Assembly: GCF_001194135.2 (NCBI RefSeq)
Contig: NC_068992.1
Span: 66,609,950-66,673,949 of the forward strand
Direction: 5' to 3'
Source of the DNA: Octopus bimaculoides
Lineage: Eukaryota
DNA length: 64,000 nt
The notes beneath the pieces are model-generated. The model was given only the letters and a program-made list of their open reading frames with translations. It searched no databases and had not been told where the DNA came from. Every line of letters begins with the position of its first letter. The stretch's first letter is position 1. This document shows positions 36,706 through 50,314 of the stretch, in pieces. The translations under genes and the position numbers were made by a program.

Positions 36706-36914
36706 ATCGACCTGGTTAGTCATGTATGTAAGTACGTATGTGTCTATTTACCTACATCTATATGTATCTATCTAGTACGGCCTTGTACTGACAGCATGAT
36801 TTTTCCTTTCCTTCACAATCACTTCGTTAGTCAGCCATTCCCATTAACAGATGATTTATGAAGCGCCCACACTTCCCCTCCGACTCCCTTCACCGTCACA
36901 CGGAGCTCACTCAC

Positions 36915-36945
36915 CAGAGCACAACACCATTAAACAATCATCAGA
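36915..36945 (-). CDS. Candidate 31-nt micro-exon (SDDCLMVLCS)
   Basis: Acceptor CAATTTGCTTCCTTTAG, donor CTG|GTGAGT; only one frame open. Confidence 0.25.
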
Positions 36946-37239
36946 CTAAAGGAAGCAAATTGAACATTTCCGAACGGTTATACGCACTGACCAGCAGAAC
37001 ACGTAACGACTTAATAATGAGTTTATGAAACAGATATATTATTTGGCTATCGGAACGACAAAACAGATGTGTTATTTGGCTATCGGAACGATACAACACC
37101 AGCAGACCAAATAAGAACGAAAAGAAAAAGGAAGAATCAAACAAGCAGAGGCAAAGATTGCAAAATATTTCGTCGTTACAGTAACACACACACACACACA
37201 CACACATACACACACACACACACACACAAATATATATAA

Positions 37240-37425
37240 CTTGTTTTAGTCATTTGACTGCAGCCATGCTGGAGCACCGTCTTAAAAGGCTTTTTAGTAG
37301 AAGAAATCGACTCCAGGACTTATTCTTTGTTAGCCTGGTACTTATTCTATCGGTCTCTTTTGCCGAATTGCTAAACGACAGGACATAAACACGCCAACAT
37401 TGGTTGTGAAGCGATGGTAGGGGAC
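37240..37425 (-). mobile_element. SINE family A tail half, running into a gap
   Basis: TAGTCATTTGACTGCAGCCATGCTGGAGCACC..GGTACTTATTCTATCGGTCTCTTTTGCCGAA. Confidence 0.9.
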
Positions 37426-37785
37426 NNNNNNNNNNNNNNNNNNNNNNNNNNNNNNNNNNNNNNNNNNNNNNNNNNNNNNNNNNNNNNNNNNNNNNNNNNN
37501 NNNNNNNNNNNNNNNNNNNNNNNNNNNNNNNNNNNNNNNNNNNNNNNNNNNNNNNNNNNNNNNNNNNNNNNNNNNNNNNNNNNNNNNNNNNNNNNNNNNN
37601 NNNNNNNNNNNNNNNNNNNNNNNNNNNNNNNNNNNNNNNNNNNNNNNNNNNNNNNNNNNNNNNNNNNNNNNNNNNNNNNNNNNNNNNNNNNNNNNNNNNN
37701 NNNNNNNNNNNNNNNNNNNNNNNNNNNNNNNNNNNNNNNNNNNNNNNNNNNNNNNNNNNNNNNNNNNNNNNNNNNNNNNNNNNNN

Positions 37786-37824
<39 letters not shown>

Positions 37825-37916
37825 ATATGTGTGTATATATATGTATGTATATATGTAACGGAATACATTGTCTGCAAGTCCATGGGTACCGCATATTCTC
37901 CTCCATTTTCTCATTG

Positions 37917-37973
<57 letters not shown>

Positions 37974-38249
37974 CACATTATAAGTTTATATACACTGTCC
38001 ATAGTGTAAATGTAACTATATATACACTATAAGTCACTATAAAATACTAATCTTTTGGTGGACAGAAAACTTTCTTTCACCAATGAAGGTCTAAGTAGAG
38101 CACGGAGTTCGCCAGAATTATCTTAGGAAGAAATAAAACCAGTGGCGTAGCCATTTTGTTTATAGTTCAGAACGAGGCTAAAATTGTGTTTATGAAACAG
38201 TTATATCTTATGTATGATTTCAAATTATCCAAATGCATCGTGCCGTGCT

Positions 38250-38343
<94 letters not shown>

Positions 38344-39039
38344 ATGTGTATATTGTTCCCTTCAAATATATCACCTTATGTCGGTTGTAGCTATCGATAT
38401 TGAGTGTGTTATGTGTTGAAATATCGACTTGGCCCGCAAATTTTGTTAAAAAAATTTACTTCACCCGATTATACCTACATAAACTGATCTGGTCCAATAC
38501 TTACGAAAAAGAATCAATAGATTCACCAAACTAATCGAAAAAAATTAGAAGCAGAAGTATCCAACTTTCTGTTTATTAAATTATTAAGTTCCAAGAATCA
38601 ATTTATGGAGGAAAAAAATCTCTCACTTTTTCTCACCATTCCGTCAACTTGTGCAGCATTTAGCACATCTAAAGATTGGTAAATTAATAATGGCACATTA
38701 ATAATATTTAACGTAGTAGGAATAAAAGAATTTAGATGGAAATTATTGTAGAAGATTTCTTGAAGAACCAAAGTATCATGTTGGAAAATTAAAATAAATA
38801 AACGATTATGATAATGTTATTAGTGACATCTGGTGACCTCTGAAAAATGTATGTAGAAAGAATGTATGTTAAAATGGTAATATTATCTTCCATAAGACTT
38901 TGTTGCTGGATTTGAACTAAAAAACAAAAGGTAAGAACCCATCTGACAATCACGGATTTGTACAGTGCTATCAACGTTTACATCGGAGATCGATACCTGA
39001 TCGAAGTGATCTTCGCTTAGTTTGGTAAATTTGGTAAGC

Positions 39040-39380
39040 TTGTGTGTCTTGGGGAACTGTCACGGTCGTTATAGCTCTATGCGTTGTCGGTTTCCTTTAA
39101 TGACTTAATTTCTGGAAGAGCTGCAGCGCCCATAGCCTTTTGCTGGTGACATTGAAGCAGTTGGTGTTCAATGTGAATCACTTGCGGTTGATGTCTGTAA
39201 GGAAGAGGAGTTTGGAAGACTGAAGGAAGGAAGAAGGGAAGGATTTAGTAGGTGTTGGGGAATGAAGGACTGTAATACGTTGGTATCCATGATGTACATC
39301 AAGGACAGAAACAAGGGTTTCTACGCTGCTGGTGCAAAGAAGAACGGAACACGTCGATGGGCGAAGGTTGTACGATATCG
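39040..39380 (-). mobile_element. Possible Penelope-like RT fragment
   Basis: MDTNVLQSFIP (MDVxSLYTxIP-like) and HQQKAMG (YxQxxGxAMG-like) in the correct order; heavily decayed. Confidence 0.4.
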
Positions 39381-39959
39381 ATGAGTAAAAAGAGATTTAA
39401 TAATCAGTCGAATGGCTGCCCTTTTTTAGATACAAAACATATGCGTGTGTATGTGTGTGTGTGTTGTAGGGGTAGTAGTAATAGTAGCGTTCGGTACACT
39501 GGATTTATTATGGTAGTTGTGACTTTAAGTTAAGTGTCCCTCATAGCGTGAGGCATTTATGTATAGTAATGCCCTTAATATATATATATATANNNNNNNN
39601 NNNNNNNNNNNNNNNNNNNNNNNNNNNNNNNNNNNNNNNNNNNNNNNNNNNNNNNNNNNNNNNNNNNNNNNNNNNNNNNNNNNNNNNNNNNNNNNNNNNN
39701 NNNNNNNNNNNNNNNNNNNNNNNNNNNNNNNNNNNNNNNNNNNNNNNNNNNNNNNNNNNNNNNNNNNNNNNNNNNNNNNNNNNNNNNNNNNNNNNNNNNN
39801 NNNNNNNNNNNNNNNNNNNNNNNNNNNNNNNNNNNNNNNNNNNNNNNNNNNNNNNNNNNNNNNNNNNNNNNNNNNNNNNNNNNNNNNNNNNNNNNNNNNN
39901 NNNNNNNNNNNNNNNNNNNNNNNNNNNNNNNNNNNNNNNNNNNNNNNNNNNNNNNNNNN

Positions 39960-40022
<63 letters not shown>

Positions 40023-41468
40023 ATAGATATGTATATATACATACATAGACGAACCATTAATAATTTCTCACCAAATCAATTTGTCTAAAACTTATCACAT
40101 TATTGTTGTTATTTTCTTGTAGTGTTCTCTAAACTTAGAGACTCGAATATTGCCAGCTTCGTAAGCAAAGATTTATGAAGGAAATAAATGAATAAATGAA
40201 AAAATAATACCTGATAACATCGGTGTCATATTTGGTATTTGGAATCATTTTAGTATAAAATATATTTTAAAATATCATCCAGTGACATCTAAAAAGAAAT
40301 AGTTTATAAAAAAAGTACATCACATTTCTTGTCAGGACAGTCGAAGTGTAGAATATGAAGACGGCATTTTGCTTCATGTTTCATTTCGCAAAGAAAAATA
40401 AAACAAAACAAAAAACAACTATAAATAGTTAGAAACAAACAAACAAAACAAAATAACAGCCACGAACCTGAAGGCAAGAATTTTGAGTAGTTTTGTGTTT
40501 ACAGAAAAATTATTTGAACCAGAAGTCTTAGTAGTTTGTCAGTCGTCATTAAACGTTGAAAACCGAGGAAAAACACGAGAAAATGTGTGAAACTGTCTGG
40601 CAGACATTTTGTCAAAGTTTTTCTCTTTTCTTTAATAAATGTTTAATTGAAAAACAAATTCCCACTCAAGCGTTACTAAGGATTTGAGGTGTTAGCTCCT
40701 ATTCAAATATTGATGTGCAGTTCACAATTTCCTAATTGTTTGCTTCATAAACCTTTTCATCTCAGCCTCCTTACTGACTGTTTGCTTTGTTTTCTCCACC
40801 ACTTCTCTCTCTCGCTCTCTTTCTCTCTCTCTCTCTTTCTCTCTCTCTCGCTTTCTCTCTCTCTCTCTCTCTCTTGTTTTCCCTCCACCTTTCTCGTTCT
40901 CTCCCTCATACAGACATCATATCCAACACCCATGCTGTAACTGAATAATTAATCATGGAACTGTGTTAAAGGTAAACTACAGAAGTTAGACACGCTAATG
41001 CCCCTCCCATCACGACCACCACCTCTGCCACCAATTCACAGCTTCAAAGTGAAATCAGTGATTTATGTCACACTGAAGAATTATAACTCATATCACTACG
41101 CGCTACATTGCACCGAATTACACCTTTACATCGGACAATTGACGTTGGGCCATTAAAATGTAGTACCAGTTAATTTAACCATCCGGTCCTGAGGTCTGCC
41201 AGATTTCTTCAAATTAGAGATTTTGTCTGAGAATCCAGAACGATTCTTGTTTTAAAGGATCAATCTGGTGCAACTGCTACTAACGGCCACGGGCTCCTGT
41301 GACGGAGGAACAATGACAAGAGGTGTTATTTGCTTTGCATGATAATGTTTGATACAAGAATAGTCGATAAATGAAATCTTTGTTTGTGACACAGTATGGA
41401 GCAATGCTGAGAAGTGAACCACAAGCCTCTCAGTTCATAGGGCCGGAGTGAATTCTCTTCTGTCTTAG

Positions 41469-41565
41469 ATTTGACAGTAAGGACTAGCGAGACCTGCAGG
41501 AAAAAAAATCCACAATCTTCGCTGTCTGTGGTTATTGTGATGGTGGAGACGACGGCGAATGACAG
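41469..41565 (+). CDS. Candidate 97-nt exon, possibly ending MVETTAND
   Basis: Acceptor TTCTCTTCTGTCTTAG, donor CAG|GTAAGA. One open frame, containing GTGATGG. Confidence 0.3.
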
Positions 41566-41619
41566 GTAAGATAAGAAGAGAAAGAGAGAGAGAGAGAGAG
41601 GGCTGGAGGGGAGAGAGGA

Positions 41620-41690
41620 GGAGACAGAACCGCATAAGGGTTACAGGGACGTAAACACACCAACACTGCTCGTCAAGCAGTGGTAGAGTA
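41620..41690 (-). mobile_element. SINE family A middle fragment
   Basis: GAACCGCATAAGGGTTACAGGGACGTAAACACACCAACAC. Confidence 0.55.
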
Positions 41691-41812
41691 CGAGACCCGT
41701 TAAGCGTAGCTATGACACATTCTGCTGCTTATTAGCTGAGTAAACTAATTCATTGTGTAAGCTATTGGTATAGTATTCACTCTACCATCTCAGTTGTGTA
41801 AACTAAAGTAGT

Positions 41813-41977
41813 GTGTTAACTGTTAATGTGTAAACTACTGTAGCGCATTAACTGTTAATGTGTAAACTACTGCAACGCGTTAACTGTTACTGACCAAACT
41901 GCTGCAACGTGTTAACTGTTAATGTGTAAACTACTGCAGCGTGTTACCTGTTAATGTGTAAACTACCGCAGCGTGTT
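41813..41977. repeat. 32-bp minisatellite x5
   Basis: Unit GTGTTAACTGTTAATGTGTAAACTACTGCAGC at 41813, 41845, 41877, 41909, 41941. Confidence 0.95.
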
Positions 41978-42794
41978 CATGGCTGCTGAGATATACAACT
42001 ATTGTTACTCAGTTAACAGAGTCAACTGTTGAAGAGTGTTAATTTCAATCTTTGACACACACTGCCATTGTTTTCGAAGTGTGTAAATTGCTGTGTTAAT
42101 TATTGCTCGCGTTAATTACTGTCCGGGTTAATTATTTCTATGCTACACAGTGTTGTTTGGGAAGAGTGTTAACTGCAGGTAGTTCCAGTGTTGCTGTCAT
42201 AACAGGGGTCATTATTGTAGCTAAAGGTAGGAACCATTGTTCTGAGAAATATGACTATAAAGTTTATCTCGATGTTGGCATCAACACACACAGATTTTAC
42301 CAATCGCTGCATATCATTTGGCTGTTAACACACAGATAAATGCTGTTGGCACATTTCACTATTTCAGCAGAACTCTGTTATTACATGCAACATTTGATAA
42401 TGTGAGATTGTCCAAGACAGCCAAGATACGTTATAGCCTTCGGAGCAGATACGATATTTCGTCGTCATCGACAGTGTGTGTCTGCGTGTGTATGTATGAG
42501 TGTTTTGCATATGTGTGAAGCGGAACTGTATTTGTTTGCTAGTGTATATGTGTGTGCGTGTGCGTACGCGTTCTCTCAAATGAAAATGAGATATTGGTCT
42601 GCCTACAGAAAGCCGTCAGAATATTTGACACGTCAACTGAAGGTAGAACAATTTGAACTATCACGTGCCAAGACAACTGTGAATTATTTTTCTTTCAAAT
42701 CCATAATTAACAAAAACACCCCATCTATCACCCCACCCAAAGAAAAACGTCGACTTTTGAACAGAGAACAAAAGTAATTTGATGTATGAGGTGC

Positions 42795-42965
42795 AGGTTC
42801 GGTTGCGCGTACGGCTGTAAGACGTCTGCTTAGAAAACCACTTGGTTTCAGGTTCAGTCACAGTACGCGGTAGTTTAGGGTGTCAACGGTTATAGTACTG
42901 GGTCAACCAATACCTTCAATGTCTTGTGAGCGAATTTACTACATATGAAACTGCGTGGGGACCGC
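42795..42965 (+). mobile_element. SINE family A head, degraded
   Basis: AACCACTTGGTTTCAGGTTCAGTCAC..TATAG..GTCAACCAA..CTTGTGAG..GAAACTG. Confidence 0.55.
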
Positions 42966-43656
42966 TCAAATGTGTGTATGTATGTACGTACGTATGCACG
43001 CATGTATGTATGTACGTATACACACACGCACTCAATAGTTGTAGTGGTTGCTGTTGTTGTTGTTTAATCCCAGGTTAATCCGGAGCCAACAGATTAAAGC
43101 TATTCTAATCTCGTTCTATTTGTTTACCGAAGACTATAATACAATTCTTCTTTTGTCTCAACAAATATTACATTGTTTTCGATGTCGAGTTACGCCGTCG
43201 TCCTGGAGTGAATGCTTTGCCAAGAGATGGAACTGGCAGCGCTGACTTTGCTTAAAAACACCAAACTGCATCATCACAGAAACGATTATGATCTTCAAAA
43301 GCAGCAGACTTGAATAGTAAAAAAGAAATATAATAAAAAATAATTAAACATTATGACGAAGAAAAAAAGCTGGCAAATTGGTGCACAGATGCGTTAAATT
43401 AAATGGTGAAAACACATTTTAACTGCAGCCCCATTCAATGAGGTTAAAGAACTGACATTTTCAAGTAACCTGTTCTTTATAACGGCTTATTTCAAATAAA
43501 TTTGATTAATAAGAATTAAAATATAAAAAAGCAACATATTTCTTTTACGTAATTCCATTCCTTACGGACCATTAATATTTGATTTTTATTAAGTTTAAAA
43601 AAATTAAACGCAAAAAGTATGTGGGATTTAGTTTGGTTTTAATAATTGACATGTTG

Positions 43657-43708
<52 letters not shown>

Positions 43709-44189
43709 NNNNNNNNNNNNNNNNNNNNNNNNNNNNNNNNNNNNNNNNNNNNNNNNNNNNNNNNNNNNNNNNNNNNNNNNNNNNNNNNNNNNNNNNNNNN
43801 NNNNNNNNNNNNNNNNNNNNNNNNNNNNNNNNNNNNNNNNNNNNNNNNNNNNNNNNNNNNNNNNNNNNNNNNNNNNNNNNNNNNNNNNNNNNNNNNNNNN
43901 NNNNNNNNNNNNNNNNNNNNNNNNNNNNNNNATATATACATATATATATGTAATTACGTATAAATCTCCTTGATTTACTTTTTAAATCTCTCACCAACGG
44001 AAAAAGAGTCGGTTTCTAACCGGGATACGAGAGGCTGTCATTCGAATCTAGTCAATATCAAACAGAGTAGTTCTGTTGAAGTGTGTATAGTATACATATA
44101 TGTACACCTACATTTGTATATATGCAATTAGACGTGTATGCATGCACATATATACGCAGCAGAGGCGGCGCATATTCCATGCCGAACGT

Positions 44190-44745
44190 GAATGTTTTAG
44201 GTAGTTTGACCATACCTTTGACAGTTTGTAAATGTAACCGTCTGATTAGCCGTATTCATTCTGGTTTTATGAATCGCAGCTTCTCAGGAGCGCTACACAG
44301 ACAGTTAGTCACGCACTCAATTGTTCCAGTAATGATCGAAAGCTGAACGGATTGTGTTGATGGCGTACCTGTAGATTTCGGATCAGTTCGCTTACGATGC
44401 TTTCTTTTTCAATAACCTTTCTTCTCAATATTATGTCGACATCTGTTGGGCAACTGATTTCAGCTCCTTTGTAGAGTTTCTTTTCTCTGTCCCAGATTAT
44501 CATGTCTGGTGTGTGTCTGCTTGCATTTTATAGAAGTCTTGACAGAGACATTCGGCCAGTATTCTTTCGAATTATGTGTAGTTATATCCAAATCACAATA
44601 GTTTCCTGTATTTGTCTCCTGACCATTATCCTTTCAACGGATTTCATTCTATAGCGTTCCAGTTACGGCATCATATCCCATAGGTACCTAATACCATGAG
44701 GATATTATCGGACATTATCGGACACCTACTTATAATGTGGGCATT
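44190..44745 (-). mobile_element. R4/Dong-type non-LTR retrotransposon 3' fragment (zinc knuckle + REL endonuclease)
   Basis: HIISRCP..YDAV..L*NEIR..KEYWPNVSVKTSIKCK..PDMIIWDREKK..EISCP..EKL.F.KPE..LIRRL..GMVK..KTF. Confidence 0.8.
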
Positions 44746-44832
44746 TGGTCCGTCTTTACGCTCTGTGTTCCAATTCCGCTGAGGACGACCTTGCCTTTAT
44801 CCTTTCGAGATCGATAAAATAGGTAGCAACTT
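44745..44832 (+). mobile_element. SINE family B fragment at the LINE breakpoint
   Basis: TTTACGCTCTGTGTTCCAATTCCGCTGAGGACGACCTTGCCTTTATCCTTTCGAGATCGATAAAATAGGTA. Confidence 0.65.
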
Positions 44833-45266
44833 AGAACTAGGATTGAAATATTCGACGTACCCTCTTCCTCGAAAATGCTGGTCTTTTGCCAATATTTCAA
44901 AGCAATATTAACTCATATATTACACTAATATATTTTTACAGGAAACAACAGCCATTTGTCAAACTCCTTTGCCTGATACCCTAACCTTAACCCTTTCAAC
45001 GTTTCTATACCTTCTCCCCTTTAATTCCACAATATATTCAGCCCCTCTTTTTCCTTATTCTTAAATTTTAAAATTTTCCTGACTATCTTTATAGATCCTT
45101 TCTCCTTCAGTGCCTTAATATATTCACCCCACTCCAACATTATCTTCAACTTCTAAAACTTTCAAAAACTATTTCCCTATTTTGAAATTTTGTTCCAATT
45201 TAATATATTTTTTTATATTATTTTACTTTAATTACAAACAGCCAATATTTTTTCCCATTTTCAATC

Positions 45267-45318
<52 letters not shown>

Positions 45319-46808
45319 NNNNNNNNNNNNNNNNNNNNNNNNNNNNNNNNNNNNNNNNNNNNNNNNNNNNNNNNNNNNNNNNNNNNNNNNNNNNNNNNNN
45401 NNNNNNNNNNNNNNNNNNNNNNNNNNNNNNNNNNNNNNNNNNNNNNNNNNNNNNNNNNNNNNNNNNNNNNNNNNNNNNNNNNNNNNNNNNNNNNNNNNNN
45501 NNNNNNNNNNNNNNNNNNNNNNNNNNNNNNNNNNNNNNNNNNNNNNNNNNNNNNNNNNNNNNNNNNNNNNNNNNNNNNNNNNNNNNNNNNNNNNNNNNNN
45601 NNNNNNNNNNNNNNNNNNNNNNNNNNNNNNNNNNNNNNNNNNNNNNNNNNNNNNNNNNNNNNNNNNNNNNNNNNNNNNNNNNNNNNNNNNNNNNNNNNNN
45701 NNNNNNNNNNNNNNNNNNNNNNNNNNNNNNNNNNNNNNNNNNNNNNNNNNNNNNNNNNNNNNNNNNNNNNNNNNNNNNNNNNNNNNNNNNNNNNNNNNNN
45801 NNNNNNNNNNNNNNNNNNNNNNNNNNNNNNNNNNNNNNNNNNNNNNNNNNNNNNNNNNNNNNNNNNNNNNNNNNNNNNNNNNNNNNNNNNNNNNNNNNNN
45901 NNNNNNNNNNNNNNNNNNNNNNNNNNNNNNNNNNNNNNNNNNNNNNNNNNNNNNNNNNNNNNNNNNNNNNNNNNNNNNNNNNNNNNNNNNNNNNNNNNNN
46001 NNNNNNNNNNNNNNNNNNNNNNNNNNNNNNNNNNNNNNNNNNNNNNNNNNNNNNNNNNNNNNNNNNNNNNNNNNNNNNNNNNNNNNNNNNNNNNNNNNNN
46101 NNNNNNNNNNNNNNNNNNNNNNNNNNNNNNNNNNNNNNNNNNNNNNNNNNNNNNNNNNNNNNNNNNNNNNNNNNNNNNNNNNNNNNNNNNNNNNNNNNNN
46201 NNNNNNNNNNNNNNNNNNNNNNNNNNNNNNNNNNNNNNNNNNNNNNNNNNNNNNNNNNNNNNNNNNNNNNAGGTCTTGTGCCTCGATACTGAACGGCGAG
46301 TATTGATACAAATGAATTTATCGATATTTATACAACGCGGCCATTGTTATTTCAGCAAAGTAAATATTTGCTGAGTATCGTCAGAAATGTTATCCTTAAC
46401 ATGCCTCATTCATTACGACATCAATTAAAATATATGTATTTAGGGACAAATCGATTAAAAACTTCAACTAAGATCGAACGTCTATCCCCAAAGCAACCTT
46501 TGAACATTAATGAAACAATGAACCAATAGAATAAAAAACACAAAATAAAACTTTGTAATAATAGAATAAAATAACAAAACATAAATAGATACAAAACATA
46601 AAATTAATAGATTAAAAAAGGTCACACCTCATTTCCAATATTTTCCTGCTTCGAAGATATACAACAAACAGACATTAAAATGAAACATTAAATTTGTTAT
46701 TTCATAATAAATAACAATGTGTAGAAGAAAAGAACTATTAATTAAAAAAGCAAATATGAAGAATTAAAAATTAGAATTCAACAATTGAAAAATCACACAG
46801 TTTCTCAC

Positions 46809-46853
46809 CTGAGTTTGGTAGGTTCTTTAACCAAAGTGGATGGTAGCAGGTTG
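46809..46853 (-). CDS. Candidate 45-nt symmetric exon (NLLPSTLVKEPTKL or TCYHPLWLKNLPNS)
   Basis: Acceptor CTCCTCCTCCCCCACTCCCAG, donor CAG|GTGAGA; two frames open. Confidence 0.3.
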
Positions 46854-49281
46854 CTGGGAGTGGGGGAGGAGGAGATTATTGAGAATGGGAAGAAAACAAA
46901 TCTCTTCTAAGCCTCTTAGAATTTTTATTGAAAGGAAGATCGATAGGAACATCTGGTACTGAAGAAAAAAACAGCAGAAGCAGAAGATTCTGGGGTGAAT
47001 TTTTTTAAAAGAAAGCTCCCAGAATGGATTGTCATATTATTCTATTGGATAATTGGAAAATATTGCAAAACTTTAACAAAACAATGATTTGCACTTGACT
47101 CAACATTCTCTAAGTGTGATGCGTTCTCACAATGCCAGGGAGTTCACGTCAACGTATGAGAGGGAGAGAAAGAGAGAGAGGGGGGGAAATTCTTCAGTTC
47201 TTCTTATATGAAACTGTTTTGATTTTGGTCCACCTTGTCAGAGTCCAGCTGTTATCATAAGGATTCGTCTCTCAGCAACAACCATTTGTGATGAGGTTCT
47301 TTCAGATTGTTGAAAGACAGCTAATTTCTGTTTCTTAACGAAGTTATTCACATCTTCTTCGTACAACTCTGGACTATTGTAATTAACCAAACACAATTTC
47401 TTCTACTACAGGTTCTGTCTCAATCATTTCAAAGTCTCCTTGAAGAGACTTCGTACTATAAGACTCTTGAAGAAGAGTTCAAACACTTAAAAGAAAGCTC
47501 TCCCCACGATTTCACCATCCAACACGCGATATCTGAAATGGTGAAAGTATTACTCCAAAATCTCTTTTAATCTTAAACCATTTGAGGGAATCGTTTTGAA
47601 ACAAACCCTAAACTAATGCCATGAATACATTAAAAAACAGCTCCCCCTTTCGGATCAATCACTTGTAGAATTATGATTGTGGAAAGCAGGAGAGGAGATC
47701 GATAAAATCAAATTGCCATGACATTTGGCTCTTGCGATTAGGATGGTGGGCTGGAACGTCCTTCATTGGAAGACTCTTAGAAGTGGTCACGCCCAGTTGC
47801 AGCAGGAGCCTATTGAACACCAAGCACTTGTTGATTATCTTGAAGGTCTTGGAGTCTCGGGGTTCTCTGATGGATTCCCCATGAAAGGTTTCACTGTTAA
47901 AAGTCCTCTGTGGAACTGGCACAGAAAAGTTATCATTTTAAATTAAGAAACCTATCCTTTATCGTTTTATATAGAGAGATTCTTTAAGCATTCCCTTCTA
48001 GCTCGAAAAAAAAAAGTACTGGTTCCATCGCAAAACTTGTTCAGATCACAAAAAACTCGACATTTTTCTGTAACGACTTTGGCGGCTATACATGGTTCTT
48101 TCTTTCTTTCTTTCTTTCTTTCCTTTTAATTTCTTTCTTTCTTTCTTTCTTTCTTTCTCCTCCATAGAATGTCCACTTGAGTCCCATTGATATTGCAGCG
48201 TTGATATTAATCCAACATAATACATATCCAATTATTTAAAATCTAATCAAGTAGACTAAGTCATTTCGCTTCGCATAAAATGCCATCTTTTCCTTAAAGA
48301 TTTTCTCATTGGTGGAGACACCCCTCCCAAACCCACATATTTACCCCAACCCACATATTTCCTAAAATTTCATAATTTGTGTAGTTTACGTTATTGTTAC
48401 GTTATTTATTTTTGTTTATTTTCCTGAGATTTTACAGCTAGCTGTTTTGTTTGTTTGTTCTTTTTTTCTTCACATTTCATAATATCATATTTTGTTTCAA
48501 CTTATATTTTCATTGTTAACAATATGTTTTGATTAAGGATATGTTCGCTCCGTTGCAACTCCAACATAAAACGCCTCAGGCACTCAAAACATTCAATGGT
48601 TCTTAAATCAATTTAACGAATGTAGAAGGACTACGACATGATAGAGACTGGAGACGGAAGCATTAACCATTCTCCAGTGACGTCAATTCACAATATGAGT
48701 ACAAGTTTAGTGCGCAGAAAAAGAGAGTATTATGGGTAGAGTCGACGCTACCCCTTCTCTGACGACATTGTGCCAATGTAGGGAAGGTCGGTGGAAGAGA
48801 AGTACAAACGATATTTAAATATGTCCATTTATTTTCTGTGTTCGATTCCAGACGAGGTAGGCTTAGCCTCTCGCTCTGATTTCCAAATAAATAGAAGAAC
48901 AGGAAAACAGAAAACTACATCAATGTTTTCTCTCTTCTTTGCATCACTACACGAAAGCTGTACAATATTTCGGTGCCTTTAAGGAATTAATCCTCGCAAA
49001 TGTTCCTTCGTTACCAAACTTTGAGGAATTTCAACTAAATTTTCTGTGGTAAAATTGAGTCCTCTGTAAAAAAAAAAAAAAATGTCTGATAGTTAAGGCT
49101 ATGAAAACTGAAATTTGGCACCAGAGGTTTTTGAATAGATGATCTGTTGATTTATACTGGAAAAAAAGACTCAGATTTAAAAGGAGAGAACGAGATTGTA
49201 GGATGTTGATGCCTTTCTAAAGAATTCCATGAAATAATATTCCATTTAGAGAAAGACACAACTGAATCGATATTAATCCGT

Positions 49282-49600
49282 GAAGGCGCGTGGCTTAGTG
49301 GTTCAGGTATTCGGATTTGGATCGTAAGGTCGTGAGTTCGATTTCAGGCGATGCGTTGTGTGCAACACACTTTATTTCACGTTCTTCCAATCCACTCGGC
49401 TGGTAAAAATGAGTTGTACCTGTAATTCAAAGTATCAACTTTGTTACATTCTGTGTCACGCTGAATATCCCTGAGAACTACGTCAAGAGTACACGTGTCT
49501 GTGGGGTGCTCATCCACTTGTACGTTAATTACACGAGCAGGCTGTTCCGTTGATCGGATCAGCTGGAAGACTCGTCGTCGAAACCGATGGAGAACCAGTT
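49282..49600 (+). mobile_element. tRNA-derived SINE family C, full length
   Basis: A-box TGGCTTAGTGG, B-box GAGTTCGATTTC, body and tail GCTGTTCCGTTGATCGGATCAGCTGG..CGTCGTCG. Confidence 0.9.
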
Positions 49601-49989
49601 AATGTTTATGAAATCCAATTTACTATTCATTTATATTTATTGAAAATTTCTGATGAAAAGTAATGACAGTCAGTCATTGGTAACGTTTTAATATTTCGAC
49701 AAACTTTATTGATTGACAATTAATTGAAAACCGAATTATGATTATTTGAACTCTCCAAACAGTTAATTCAATTATTTAATACGACGAGTTTGCTTAGTTG
49801 AAATGAAAAACAAAAATCAAATCATAAACAAACGAGATTTATTTATTTTTCTTACGTGATGTCAAAATATAATCCAATCTCTTAGTTGAAGAGGAATGAA
49901 TTTGGTTTTAGCAAAGCCTTTCGCTCATAACAGAGACGTTTGGTTTTATTGAAAGGAATCTGTCATGTAAAATAGAAACATCGTAATTG

Positions 49990-50145
49990 TTGTTTAACTC
50001 TGATCGAGCCGACGCATGATCAAAAGTAGTTCAAAAGTCACCATCCCGTCTTTATAAAGAAACAAAATCATCGAGGGCTACATACTCTAATGGGTTATTT
50101 GAGGCAGATTTAGTTGCTCTTTATTGTAGCAATAGAGAACGCAGA
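49990..50145 (+). repeat. Dispersed repeat family D
   Basis: CTGATCGAGCCGACGCATGATCAAAAG..GTCACCATCCCGTCT..TATTTGAGGCAGATTTAGTTGCT. Confidence 0.55.
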
Positions 50146-50314
50146 TGGCTGGGCGTTCTCAACGTTTTGAATCCTGTCAATGGTATTGTATTACGTTCTG
50201 AGCCAAGATATCTGCCGGCTGGCTCAGGACAATCAGTTGTAAACAATTGCCATATTAAAAGGGAAACTCACTGTTCTAAGCCGACAACTATGATACTAAC
50301 AGGGGATACGTTAC

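Noticed and set aside
38144-38160. CAGTGGCGTAGCC hAT-like terminus (also TAGGGTTAGACAAAC at ~59306)
   Set aside because: Isolated short matches with no second end or TSD.
42130-42245. EQWFLPLA resemblance to NF-YB EQDRFLPIAN
   Set aside because: The match does not extend and there is no good donor.
47325-47570. 81-codon open frame on + with an acceptor at 47411 (VLSQSFQSLLEETSYYK...)
   Set aside because: No convincing donor or homology; the opposite strand is similarly open. Left unresolved.
47670-47950. GC-richer segment open in several frames
   Set aside because: No identifiable motif; the AHH resemblance to a LINE endonuclease is too weak.
49282-49360. tRNA gene
   Set aside because: A/B boxes continue into a SINE body shared with other copies; no acceptor stem. 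The same applies to the other SINE heads.
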